Notes under the pieces: model-generated
The model's database searches: none
What the model was told of the DNA's origin: nothing
What the model saw: only the letters and a program-made list of their open reading frames with translations
In this document: positions 1-8,354 of the stretch, piece by piece
Position numbering within the stretch: position 1 is the stretch's first letter
How the letters are laid out: every line of letters begins with the position of its first letter
Virus record (IMG/VR): IMGVR_UViG_3300045119_000151
Coordinates: 1-60,725 of that record
Reading direction: 5' to 3' (one strand)
DNA length: 60,725 bases
Source of the DNA: a virus
Taxonomy: Duplodnaviria > Caudoviricetes
Position numbers and translations under genes: made by a program

Positions 1-337
1 GGCGTCGTCCGTGGCGTCGTCCGTGGCGGCGCGCGTGGCGGCGCTCATGGCGTCGCGCGTGGCGGCGCGCGTGGCGTCGTCCGTGGCGGCGCGCGTGGCG
101 TCGTCCGTGGCGTCGTACGTGGCGTCGTACGTGGCGTCGTACGTGGCGGCGCTCGTGGCGTCGTACGTGGCGGCGCGCGTGGCGGCGCTCGTGGCGTCGC
201 GCGTGGCGGCGCGCGTGGCGTCGTACGTGGCGTCGTACGTGGCGGCGCGCGTGGCGGCGCTCGTGGCGTCGTCCGTGGCGTCGTACGTGGCGGCGCGCGT
301 GGCGGCGCGCGTGGCGGCGCGCGTGGCGGCGTACGTG
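1..337. repeat. Coding 12-bp tandem repeat GTGGCG-(TCG/GCG)(TCC/TAC/CGC/CTC), about 28 units
   Basis: Read directly. It encodes tetrapeptides [RYDS][AD]AT on the minus strand. Confidence 0.97.
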
Positions 338-618
338 ATTGGTGCTGCATTCTTTCGTAACCACCACATGGCTGCGGCAAATCCGCCCGCAAAGGCCATT
401 GTGCGGGGGCTATCAACAATCACGATTCGCGGCTCCTTCAGTCCAGCCGCCGCATAAAGTGATCGAATTGCAGGCGTGATTTTATCCGGCTCTATTGCCT
501 CAGTACGCATTGCCCTGCTTATCCAGAGATTGGCGTGCGCATCCATGCGCAGTTTTTCATCATCGGTAATTCCACCACCGGCAAAATCTGGACGACGAAC
601 GATTTTTGATTTCGACAT
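1..618 (-). CDS. N-terminal part of DUF6745-family protein (split by the window edge; continues at 60724)
   Basis: Not in the ORF track because it runs off the edge. ATG at 618 follows a GAGGGGAAGG RBS. It reads MSKSKIVRRPDFAGGGITDDEKLRMDAHANLWISRAMRTEAIEPDKITPAIRSLYAAAGLKEPRIVIVDSP... then (x-x-A-T)n repeats, with no stop before base 1. The 'LYAAAGLxxPxIVxxDSP' segment is typical of DUF6745 proteins. Confidence 0.8.
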   Translation of the reverse strand, partial: MSKSKIVRRPDFAGGGITDDEKLRMDAHANLWISRAMRTEAIEPDKITPAIRSLYAAAGLKEPRIVIVDSPRTMAFAGGFAAAMWWLRKNAAPITYAATRAATRAATRAATYDATDDATSAATRAATYDATYDATRAATRDATSAATRAATYDATSAATYDATYDATYDATDDATRAATDDATRAATRDAMSAATRAATDDATDDA

Positions 619-659
619 GACCTTCCCCTCAATTCGATCAGAACCAGCAACTCAATAAA

Positions 660-1028
660 TTAGTCAGCGACGCGCCGAACCTCGTCACCCCAATCCTCTA
701 CCTGGAATCCCTGCATCAATTTCCCTTCATGCAGTAATAGCGCCGTGTGATCTTGCGTATTCGGCTGCACGCCGAGGTTGGTTAGATTGCCGTGTGAGAT
801 CAGTGTTTGGCCGAGCAGCGAGAGGAACCGCTCACCTTCTGCTGTGCGCTTATAAACAACCTCACAAGCCTCGTTTTCTTCGACGACATGAGCGTGCCCT
901 GACGTTTCGCCATAAGCCAGAACAGCGAGTCCGTTAGTGTCTTTGGAATTCTCTTTCGCATCAGAAGGAATTTTGTCGACGTACATCAATAGCACATCGC
1001 CTTGTCGAACATGATCACCTGCTTTCAT
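660..1028 (-). CDS. Conserved His-rich small protein (RQGDV...GETSGHAH...H...DH), usual upstream partner of DUF6745 genes
   Basis: Motifs RQGDVLL, LAYGETSGHAHVV and C-terminal RRVAD; GGAG RBS before ATG 1028; adjacent to the DUF6745 gene. Confidence 0.75.
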   Translation of the reverse strand: MKAGDHVRQGDVLLMYVDKIPSDAKENSKDTNGLAVLAYGETSGHAHVVEENEACEVVYKRTAEGERFLSLLGQTLISHGNLTNLGVQPNTQDHTALLLHEGKLMQGFQVEDWGDEVRRVAD

Positions 1029-1056
1029 TTCAATCTCCGATTGGTTTAAATAACTC

Positions 1057-1374
1057 TCACTCAGCATCTAGTTCTGCCGCTATTTCTGCCTCCATCTCGC
1101 TAAAATCTGATAGCGATAGCATCAATAGCGGCAATTCAACTTCGTTCTCACCACGCACAAGCGTTGCGCATTTGATATCGACCTCATGACCTTGGCCTTC
1201 CTCGCGCTGGCGACCGTCTATCGTATCCCACTCGCGGGTCGGTGTAGCGCGTTGCAGGATGATGTAGCCGTAACGGATTGACCAGCCGTGATCGTTACAC
1301 TTGCTGATGTACTCGCCGTCGATGCGATCTAGCTTATTGGAGCGAGAGCGTAACGCAGCAAGTATGGGATTCAT
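1057..1374 (-). CDS. Hypothetical protein
   Basis: 105-aa ORF with GGAGG RBS, in operon orientation. Confidence 0.6.
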   Translation of the reverse strand: MNPILAALRSRSNKLDRIDGEYISKCNDHGWSIRYGYIILQRATPTREWDTIDGRQREEGQGHEVDIKCATLVRGENEVELPLLMLSLSDFSEMEAEIAAELDAE

Positions 1375-1541
1375 GACGGCCTCCGCTTGAAAAGTTTACT
1401 CAGAGCAAATTGAGCGGCTAACTCAATACTTAATACGGCGATCAGCGCAATCAGTAGGTAGTTCAGAATGACGAAACCGATCAGGATTACTAGAATGAAA
1501 TTGAGAAGTGCCGAGATCATGGTGGCCATTATCCACGCCGA

Positions 1542-1934
1542 TTACCGGATGTCAACAGAGATTATTCGCAGCGCTTCCTCTGGCGATCTAGCAATCCCGG
1601 CAATCCCGCCAAGGCCCTGAATCGTCGATATAAACCGCTCTTGCTTGTCGCTCACGATGCCATCGTCTGTCTTGACCTCCACCCCAGCAAAGATGGCGAT
1701 GCGCTTGCCGACCATATTCGGCGTGACGATACGCGAGACGGCACCGATCAAATCTGAACTACCCGGACATAATCCGTATACGACTCGCTTCGGATGCAAG
1801 ATGATGAACGAGCCGTTAGGTTGACGGACTGCTTTACCGAGCCATGCCTCGCCGACCGGATTGTTCCAAAAGCGCGTATCCTCGCTTGAGATCGCGAGTT
1901 GGATGCGATGTTTTAGGGGTGTTTCGCCGGTCAT
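1542..1934 (-). CDS. VRR-NUC domain PD-(D/E)XK nuclease
   Basis: GLCPGSSDLIG...FAGVEVKT...Q..F....GGIAGIARS motif pattern; probable start MTGETPLK overlaps the upstream stop. Confidence 0.85.
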   Translation of the reverse strand: MTGETPLKHRIQLAISSEDTRFWNNPVGEAWLGKAVRQPNGSFIILHPKRVVYGLCPGSSDLIGAVSRIVTPNMVGKRIAIFAGVEVKTDDGIVSDKQERFISTIQGLGGIAGIARSPEEALRIISVDIR

Positions 1935-2122
1935 TTGCAGGCGTCCTTGTAGCGCTCCAGCGCTGCACGACACATCGGCGAGATATTCTGATTCTCGCAG
2001 CGGGCGGCAAGTTCGTCGGCGGCGAGCAGTCGCAACTCTAGTACAGCTAGCATGTGCAGTTCATCATCGACATCCAATGGCAGCACTTTGTCGTGCAGCC
2101 ATTTAAGTTGCATATCTATCAT
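1931..2122 (-). CDS. Hypothetical protein
   Basis: ATGA-coupled to the helicase stop and to the VRR-NUC start. Confidence 0.5.
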   Translation of the reverse strand: MIDMQLKWLHDKVLPLDVDDELHMLAVLELRLLAADELAARCENQNISPMCRAALERYKDACK

Positions 2123-3549
2123 GTTGCACCAGCCTGTAGTTTCGCTTTCTTCTTGAGTCTCCCCTGCCACACATAGTTCGCATGCCGCGGACCTTTGATC
2201 GGACCGTATCGCATCGTCGAATCCGCAATCAGTTCTTCCAATGTATTGCAGTTCGCGCGCGCGGCCCACATCTCGCGCTTCGCTCTTGCAACTTCCATTT
2301 CCTCAAGCTCGCCCTCGACCTGCTTAATTTGCCGGCCTTCCACCGGGAACGGCTCGCCGCAGATCGTGCACTTAGTGCTGCCTGAGCGACTGGCACCGAA
2401 GCAATAGGGACAGATGCGCGGAGGCGGCATATCGTTGTTCTTGCTCTTCTTCATCGTATCGCCAGCGAGAGTCCATTCGTAATCGTCATCCGGCAATCCG
2501 TGCTTTGGCATCCAGACATTTCCGCTTCTGGAGCCGGTATTGCCGACTGTATCGATAATCCATGCGAATTCTTTGCCGGGGAACGCGCGCATCACGCGAC
2601 CGACCTGCTGCCTGTGTAATCCAAATGAATCAGTGGGCCGCATAAGTAGCGCTGCGACGGCATCTTGACAGTCAAATCCCTCCCCAAATAATTCCACATT
2701 GAACAAAACTCGGACGCGCCCCGCCTTGTAGTCCTCCATCATCTTATCGCGCAGAATCGGATCAGTTGTTCCATCAATATGCAGCGATGGAATCCCCGCT
2801 GCATTAAATAGTTCACAGGAATCCTTGCTGTGCTCAATAGACGCGCAGAAGCCGATCGCCTTGGCCCCGTCACAAAATTTTCGATAGTGACTTACTACGT
2901 CACCGATAATCGCTGGCTTGTTCATCCGTGCTGCCGCCTCCGATTGCACGATATCGCCCATGCGCCGATGCAAGCCAGAAAGATCAGCGCGAATCGGTGG
3001 GACAACGAGGCGATACTTACTTAGAAATCCTTCGTCGATCAATTCCGCTTCAGATGGCCCCCTCACCATCTCATCGAAGTATTCTGCAAGGCCGCGGCCA
3101 TCGAGCCGCACGGGCGTTGCCGATAGCCCTACGTGATAGGCGTTCGTCAGTTTCTTAGCTAAGGTGCCCCATGACTTGCTGGGTAGGTGATGGCATTCGT
3201 CCCAGACAACGACATCCGGCTCAGGAAGCTTGTCGATTCGGCGCATCAACGTAGGGATGCTGCAAATTTGCGCTTGCGCTTGTGGGTTCATTTTATGATC
3301 GGCATCGACAATGGAATGCTCAAGACCATCCAACGTAAACGCACGCGATACCTGCGCGACCAATTCGCGGCGATGACAGCAGAACCAGACGCGCTTACCT
3401 TTATCGGCACTACCATGAAGCATACGACTCGCGATTGCTGTTTTCCCGCCGCCAGTGCCGAGCCTGATTAGCACCCGCTTACGACGACGCCGGAAATGCT
3501 GGCGCACATCCTCGATGATCTGCTGCTGATAGGGTCGCAGAGTTAACAT
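2119..3549 (-). CDS. Superfamily 2 DEAD/DEAH-box helicase with C-terminal Zn ribbon
   Basis: LRPYQ Q-motif, GTGGGKT Walker A, DECHH, SAT, EGFD, QQVGRVMR and CPYC...CTIC. Confidence 0.93.
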   Translation of the reverse strand: MLTLRPYQQQIIEDVRQHFRRRRKRVLIRLGTGGGKTAIASRMLHGSADKGKRVWFCCHRRELVAQVSRAFTLDGLEHSIVDADHKMNPQAQAQICSIPTLMRRIDKLPEPDVVVWDECHHLPSKSWGTLAKKLTNAYHVGLSATPVRLDGRGLAEYFDEMVRGPSEAELIDEGFLSKYRLVVPPIRADLSGLHRRMGDIVQSEAAARMNKPAIIGDVVSHYRKFCDGAKAIGFCASIEHSKDSCELFNAAGIPSLHIDGTTDPILRDKMMEDYKAGRVRVLFNVELFGEGFDCQDAVAALLMRPTDSFGLHRQQVGRVMRAFPGKEFAWIIDTVGNTGSRSGNVWMPKHGLPDDDYEWTLAGDTMKKSKNNDMPPPRICPYCFGASRSGSTKCTICGEPFPVEGRQIKQVEGELEEMEVARAKREMWAARANCNTLEELIADSTMRYGPIKGPRHANYVWQGRLKKKAKLQAGAT

Positions 3550-3899
3550 TAAAACATCTCGATCGCACGGCCAGCGCGCCGAGTGTTGCGCGCTGTCTCT
3601 GCGTGATGGTCTTTGTCGTAGTGCAAGTGGCAGCCTTGGCACATCGATTTCAGGTTAGGTCGATCACCGGGCACGCCATTGTTTTCCGGTGTGTGATCGA
3701 GATGAGCCGTCGTGAGCACGACTTTCGATCCAGTGCCATAGGCGGCACCGCCGTTCACGTTCGGGCATCGCCCTTCGTGCGTGCCACGTCCGCATTCACC
3801 TTCGCACTCGCAGCGATTGCCGGCACGTTCACGCACTTCCGCTGTGATCGCCTTCCAGTCTTGCGGATAACGCTTTCTATTCTCTGGCCTGATAGGCAT
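3549..3899 (-). CDS. HNH-type nuclease domain protein
   Basis: MPIRPENRKRYP..W, RCEC, VLTTAHLDHTPEN...NL..MCQGCHLHYD. Confidence 0.8.
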   Translation of the reverse strand: MPIRPENRKRYPQDWKAITAEVRERAGNRCECEGECGRGTHEGRCPNVNGGAAYGTGSKVVLTTAHLDHTPENNGVPGDRPNLKSMCQGCHLHYDKDHHAETARNTRRAGRAIEMF

Positions 3900-3900
3900 A

Positions 3901-4527
3901 TCACACGACTATATCAATGCGCTGACCTTGTTCGGGATGACACCCAGCGATTTCAATCCCTGCCTTATGCGCTTTCTTCACCGCATTCTTATCGACCGTC
4001 GCGGGCTTGAAGTCAAACACACCAGACTTCACCTTCGCGCCTTCCTTGTCTTTGATGGCCCACGTTCGCGGCACACCGTCTTCCGCATGCACGAATTCGA
4101 TGGTCTGATCCAAGTCAAGCACTGGCGGCTCATCCGGTGGCGTGATGTACTGATCCGGTACTTTATTCACGTCATCGACGCCAACCGAGGGCGGATTGTT
4201 CTTCACGACGATGTCGAACCACTCGGACTCGACCTTCGTTTGGTTAGTGCCTTGGAAATTCAATAGCAGGTAGTTGCGTAGCGACTCAGCGCGATCCGCG
4301 AGACGCTTCGCTGATGCCGCCATTTGCTTAGCAGCGGCGATCTTACTCTCAGCCGCCGCCTCGCAGTTCAGAATAAACTTGGCGACGTTGATCGCTTTGT
4401 CTTTCCACTCGCCGGTTAAGCCTTCGAGCGTGTCGAGTATGACTTGCGGCGGTAGATCGCCGGTTTCAGCGAGGTCGTTGAGTTGCTTGAACTGGTCGGT
4501 CAACTCGTACAAATGCAGAATAGTCAT
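3901..4527 (-). CDS. Siphovirus Gp157-family protein
   Basis: LYELT...DTLEGL.GE...KA.NVAKFI coiled coil, KNNPPSV, VDKNAVKKA..AG.EIAGC; adjacent to RecT-like gene. Confidence 0.85.
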   Translation of the reverse strand: MTILHLYELTDQFKQLNDLAETGDLPPQVILDTLEGLTGEWKDKAINVAKFILNCEAAAESKIAAAKQMAASAKRLADRAESLRNYLLLNFQGTNQTKVESEWFDIVVKNNPPSVGVDDVNKVPDQYITPPDEPPVLDLDQTIEFVHAEDGVPRTWAIKDKEGAKVKSGVFDFKPATVDKNAVKKAHKAGIEIAGCHPEQGQRIDIVV

Positions 4528-4730
4528 TGCTGCTCCTTCATCAATCTAAGGATACGACTAGCCTCGCTATAGGCACCATTAGCCCATGCGATCTCGCACA
4601 CTCGACGAACGTGCTCGCTCTGATCCTCCTCGCCAAGTGGTGGCAAACCGCTTCCTTCGTCGTGCCACCATCTATTAAACGCAGCCGTGGTTTCCTCAGA
4701 GACTACGATGGTTACGCTGTGGGCGGTCAT
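4524..4730 (-). CDS. Hypothetical protein
   Basis: ATGA-coupled small ORF between the RecT-like and Gp157 genes. Confidence 0.6.
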   Translation of the reverse strand: MTAHSVTIVVSEETTAAFNRWWHDEGSGLPPLGEEDQSEHVRRVCEIAWANGAYSEASRILRLMKEQQ

Positions 4731-5518
4731 ATTACATCCTCTACTGGTGCCGACTCATCCGCAGATTCAGGAGCAATCGGCGTCTCCAGTTCAGCTTTGC
4801 GCGATTGGTAAGCGAGTTCATAACTCTTGAGCCGCTTCTCATCCTTCTTCGCGCGCGCTTCCTTCCATGCGTCTTGATAGACGGTCTTGAGGGAATGCAT
4901 ATCCTTGGACTCAGAGATCGTCGTGATCCAATCGTCGACGACGGTTTGCTCTACGACGACGTGCGACGCAGCATCGACGGCTTGTGCGGCGGTTGTGGCG
5001 GGAATGACGTCGGGGTCGAGTGAGGCAATTTCCTCTGGCGTGTAAAATCCGCAGAATACGCCAGCATTCACAGTGCGGACGCCTTCAGAAATTAAGCGAC
5101 TACGCAGCATCGCACGGCCGTAAGACTTCCACACATCTTTGCCTGCAAGGCCGGCTGTCTTCGCGCGCTCAGGCGTCCAATCAAGTCGTACAGTTCCGCC
5201 TTGTGGGTGCGAGAATGTAGCATCGGCTTTAGCATCGCTCAGCTCGTGCCACTGCACGGTGCCGCCGCTTGCGATATGGCGGCCGAGAATCGTATCGGCC
5301 TTAAGCGACGGTTTCCCGTTAAACACATGGTAGTCGCGAACGGCGATCATCGGATGAATTCCCTCGGCTTGGCTCAGCGCCATCAAGGACAACGCTTGTT
5401 CTGGCGTTTTCATTCCGAACAATCCTGACTTGGCTACCGTAACAGCAAGTCGCTCCATTTGCTCGTAAGACAGGAACGCTAGTTGCGCGCCACTCGTCGT
5501 CGTAACAGATGTGCTCAT
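4727..5518 (-). CDS. recT: RecT/Red-beta-like single-strand annealing protein
   Basis: HVFNGKPSL, AKTAGL..KDVWKSY.RAMLRSR...GFYTPEE motifs; acidic C-terminus. Confidence 0.8.
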   Translation of the reverse strand: MSTSVTTTSGAQLAFLSYEQMERLAVTVAKSGLFGMKTPEQALSLMALSQAEGIHPMIAVRDYHVFNGKPSLKADTILGRHIASGGTVQWHELSDAKADATFSHPQGGTVRLDWTPERAKTAGLAGKDVWKSYGRAMLRSRLISEGVRTVNAGVFCGFYTPEEIASLDPDVIPATTAAQAVDAASHVVVEQTVVDDWITTISESKDMHSLKTVYQDAWKEARAKKDEKRLKSYELAYQSRKAELETPIAPESADESAPVEDVI

Positions 5519-6681
5519 ATTGGTTCTCCCGTAATTTCTTCAGCCAATGAAAGGATTTTATCAAACAACCAGTTCTGCATGTTGCGATCAAAGTCCGCCA
5601 CGCCATGCTTGCAGTGCACCCATTCCTCCATGATCGTCGATGCGACCTGCTTCGTCCCCATGTTGAATGGCAAGAGCGACAAATACATCGTTCCCTCGAT
5701 CGCGCGGCCCATCACGCCTTCGCCCAGTCCGTTGACGATGCGTAGCGGAAACAGTTCAGTATCGATATCAACCCGCTTGAGCACCGCACGTGCGCGCTCA
5801 AGCATCTTATGCTGCACGCTACTGAGATCGACTTCTGGCCAATTTCCGGCTTTATCGTCCAGCTTGGCCACAACTTGCCGAGCGCTTTCATTGCAGTCGA
5901 TGCCACATGCGATAAGTTGGCGCACATTGTCAACGAATTCCGCGCTCGTTGCATTGTGCTCGTAAAAATTCATGTCGTGCTCGTAACTATCGCGAGGCGC
6001 AGTGATAATTCGTCTCAGCATCTTGCCATCGCTCATCGATTGCACAGAGCGTCTAATCGCGCTATCAATCTGATACGAATAAGCGGCTGTGCGATCCTCG
6101 GTCAAGTCGATTTTGTCGCGAATGTTATAGGACAGGAGCGCCGCCTTCCCCGTATCGCGGACGGCGACTCCGCGATAAAAAATGTACTGACTGGGTTTGT
6201 TGTAGATTTCGCAGGATTCGTGAGCAATGGCGGGCTCGCCGTCGATAAAGAATTGCTCGCGATTCTGATAAGCGCGCGCAATTTCCTCACAGTTGACTTC
6301 GACAACGGTATCGCACGTCATCGGCTCGGTACCGCACTCGCCGCCTTCATCTTTGGCATTGCACCACAGTTCGCGAAAGGCTTGCCACGGCTGCCAGTTG
6401 ATACCTAAGCGAGTCGTAAACCCGGCATCGATACCATTGCATTTCACTATGTCAAAGTCTTTGCCGCGAATCGTTTCACGCGATGCCGTGAACACCAGTG
6501 TTTCTGCACCAGTGCGCACCGTAATCGCGCCACCAAGGCGCAGAATAATGGCAACTGCGTATTTAAAACCAGTGCCAAAGTAGCCGATAGCGTCGGCGTT
6601 CTCCTTAGCAGAGACGCCGAATGTCAGCATGGCGCGTATATCGAACGCGCCGTTGTTGCCAAAATACAGCGCCTTACTCAT
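5515..6681 (-). CDS. GHKL (HATPase_c)-type ATPase with C-terminal zincin-like EExxH segment
   Basis: G.S.K....IGYFGTGFKYA G-box; RELWCNAKDE N-box-like motif; C-terminal TIMEEWVH. Confidence 0.7.
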   Translation of the reverse strand: MSKALYFGNNGAFDIRAMLTFGVSAKENADAIGYFGTGFKYAVAIILRLGGAITVRTGAETLVFTASRETIRGKDFDIVKCNGIDAGFTTRLGINWQPWQAFRELWCNAKDEGGECGTEPMTCDTVVEVNCEEIARAYQNREQFFIDGEPAIAHESCEIYNKPSQYIFYRGVAVRDTGKAALLSYNIRDKIDLTEDRTAAYSYQIDSAIRRSVQSMSDGKMLRRIITAPRDSYEHDMNFYEHNATSAEFVDNVRQLIACGIDCNESARQVVAKLDDKAGNWPEVDLSSVQHKMLERARAVLKRVDIDTELFPLRIVNGLGEGVMGRAIEGTMYLSLLPFNMGTKQVASTIMEEWVHCKHGVADFDRNMQNWLFDKILSLAEEITGEPI

Positions 6682-6910
6682 CGCTCGCCTCCTCCGGCTT
6701 CACGCCCGCCACCAGCATGTCAACGAGTTCATCCTTATCCGGGATGCGCACGTCATGCAGATGGCGCAGCACCTGCCCCTCGCTCTTGGCCCTGATGAGC
6801 CGGGACGCGGCGAGTTCCTCCTTGACGGTGGCGAACTTTACACCGCGCGGAGCGGCAACGTAGTAGCGCTTGACGGGATCGGGCATGATGGTCTCCAGAT
6901 GGGGTTGCAT
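6674..6910 (-). CDS. Hypothetical protein (first gene of leftward early operon)
   Basis: ORF coupled to the ATPase; start uncertain (may be the internal MPDPVKR with GGAG RBS). Confidence 0.55.
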   Translation of the reverse strand: MQPHLETIMPDPVKRYYVAAPRGVKFATVKEELAASRLIRAKSEGQVLRHLHDVRIPDKDELVDMLVAGVKPEEASDE

Positions 6911-6958
6911 TTACGATTAGAGCGTGTGTATACTACGTCATCGATTACCGCCTGTAAA
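6905..6958. promoter_or_regulatory. Overlapping divergent sigma70-like promoters
   Basis: Plus strand: TTGCAT(6905)-18-TATACT(6929) with TG extension. Minus strand: TTTACA(6958-6953)-17-TAGTAT(6935-6930). Lies at the strand switch. Confidence 0.55.
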
Positions 6959-6967
6959 CACTTATTT

Positions 6968-7162
6968 ATGCCGCGCATCGCTGACTTGTTCCCCGACTTG
7001 AGCGACTTCGAGCAGTTACTGAGCGATGCGGAGTCGCAAGCGACTACTGAATGGGAGCAGACCTTCGTCGGCGATATCAACGAGAAGTATGAGCAATACG
7101 GCGCAGGCATGTATCTCACCGAGAAACAGCGCGAACACCTTGAGAAGATTGTGGAGAAGTGA
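6968..7162 (+). CDS. Hypothetical protein (MPRIADLF...)
   Basis: First ATG after the promoter; W.E..FV.D...YE.YG..MYLTEKQ motif; GTGA-coupled to the next gene. Confidence 0.65.
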   Translation: MPRIADLFPDLSDFEQLLSDAESQATTEWEQTFVGDINEKYEQYGAGMYLTEKQREHLEKIVEK

Positions 7163-7410
7163 TGGCAAGTAAACGAAATGGCAAGCTTAGCCCCCTGCAG
7201 TTGTGTATTCGGCGGTTCAAGGACGCCGGCGTCAGCGGGCGCCAATTGGGGCTCATGCTAGGCAAGAGTGAGTTCTATGTTGGGCAGCTCACCAGTAAGG
7301 GCAATCACATTCCGAACACGAACGGCATGCACCGCAAGTGGCTCGAACTTGCGCAGGCAAAGAAAGTGAAGTTAGAGGCCGAGGAATTGATTTATGGGGG
7401 TGAGGCGTGA
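7159..7410 (+). CDS. Cro-like helix-turn-helix protein
   Basis: GVSGRQLGLMLGKSEFYVGQL..KG..IP pattern; near the start of the divergent operon. Confidence 0.55.
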   Translation: MMASKRNGKLSPLQLCIRRFKDAGVSGRQLGLMLGKSEFYVGQLTSKGNHIPNTNGMHRKWLELAQAKKVKLEAEELIYGGEA

Positions 7411-7592
7411 AAATTAAAGAGATCAGTGTATTTGCCTATGCTACAAAAGGCGAGGCACTTGATATAGCCAATCAGGCTATTGATGATCTTTGTGTGGCAT
7501 CGGTCTTTATAGTGACGGGACTTGCATCTATTGCTAAAGAGCCTGTTGTTTACATGGTGATGCCCGATCAAGATAAGGAAACCAAGCCATGA
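7407..7592 (+). CDS. Hypothetical protein
   Basis: Coupled to both neighbours by GTGA/ATGA overlaps. Confidence 0.55.
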   Translation: MKIKEISVFAYATKGEALDIANQAIDDLCVASVFIVTGLASIAKEPVVYMVMPDQDKETKP

Positions 7593-7810
7593 TCGGCGAT
7601 GACGCCCAAGAGCGCTATACCAGTAACGTAATGCGCCATCAATATCGACCCCTATCCGATGCTGAGAAAGGACAGATGCAGTCACTCAAAGACAAGGGTC
7701 TTGAGTTATTTCAACTGATCGACAATCTCGGTAGAAGTCGAGAAATATCCCTCGCACTCGCTAAGACCGAAGAAGCGGTGATGTGGGCGACGAAACATTT
7801 GACTAGGTAA
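7589..7810 (+). CDS. Acb2/Tad1-like helical-hairpin nucleotide-sponge (anti-defence) protein
   Basis: YRPLSDAEKGQMQSLKDKG resembles the Acb2 YRDLSQEE..M...K..G segment; SREISLALAKTEEAVMWATK matches the Acb2/Tad1 hairpin helix. Confidence 0.7.
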   Translation: MIGDDAQERYTSNVMRHQYRPLSDAEKGQMQSLKDKGLELFQLIDNLGRSREISLALAKTEEAVMWATKHLTR

Positions 7811-7815
7811 GGGCC

Positions 7816-8163
7816 ATGAGCGAATACGACACTGCGGAAGAGATAGCCATTCGGCCACGAGGCAGCATGCATTTCGCATTCGAGCTATCTATGCCAAATA
7901 ACAACGCATGGGATGGCAAGTGGTCTGGCGAAGGTCGCTCGTATGTTCGCGTGAAAAGCTTCTCGCAAAAGGAATGGAAGACCACTGCCGCCAAATTAGT
8001 TGGCGGGCATTACTTCAATTTCGGCGACGGTTGGGGTGCTTCGGTATCTGTGCGCGTTGTCGATGCGGATACAAAGAAGAAACTCGTTAAGCAATCGGCT
8101 GGATTTTGCGGTTACGACTGGATGATTGATAGTCTGATTTTGCACGGAGTGATTAGGCGATGA
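7816..8163 (+). CDS. Hypothetical phage protein
   Basis: 115-aa ORF with WDGKWSGE and FCGYDWMIDS; coupled. Confidence 0.7.
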   Translation: MSEYDTAEEIAIRPRGSMHFAFELSMPNNNAWDGKWSGEGRSYVRVKSFSQKEWKTTAAKLVGGHYFNFGDGWGASVSVRVVDADTKKKLVKQSAGFCGYDWMIDSLILHGVIRR

Positions 8164-8354
8164 CCGACCACAACACTACTGAGACTAAGGCCAAACCATT
8201 CCGCGAGGACTGCACGAACTGCATGGGTACCGGCCAAGTCGCGCATGACTGCGAAGCATGCGAGGGCAAAGGCTGGGTTGATGACCCAGAGGATGGTGGC
8301 ACTATGGAGTGCCCAGAATGCGGCAACGAGCAATGTAAGGAGTGCGAAGCATGA
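8160..8354 (+). CDS. Small DnaJ-type CxxCxGxG zinc-finger protein
   Basis: CTNCMGTG, CEACEGKG, CPECG, CKEC. Confidence 0.65.
   Translation: MTDHNTTETKAKPFREDCTNCMGTGQVAHDCEACEGKGWVDDPEDGGTMECPECGNEQCKECEA

Noticed and set aside
1-337. Terminal repeats as a CRISPR array or as phage direct terminal repeats
   Set aside because: The units are 12 bp with no unique spacers and lie in frame inside a gene; they are better explained as an assembly break in a coding VNTR.
11-457. ORFs 11..457(+) and 45..419(-) in the track
   Set aside because: These are stop-free shadow frames of the tandem repeat. The frame with an RBS and DUF6745-type flanks is 618->1 on the minus strand.
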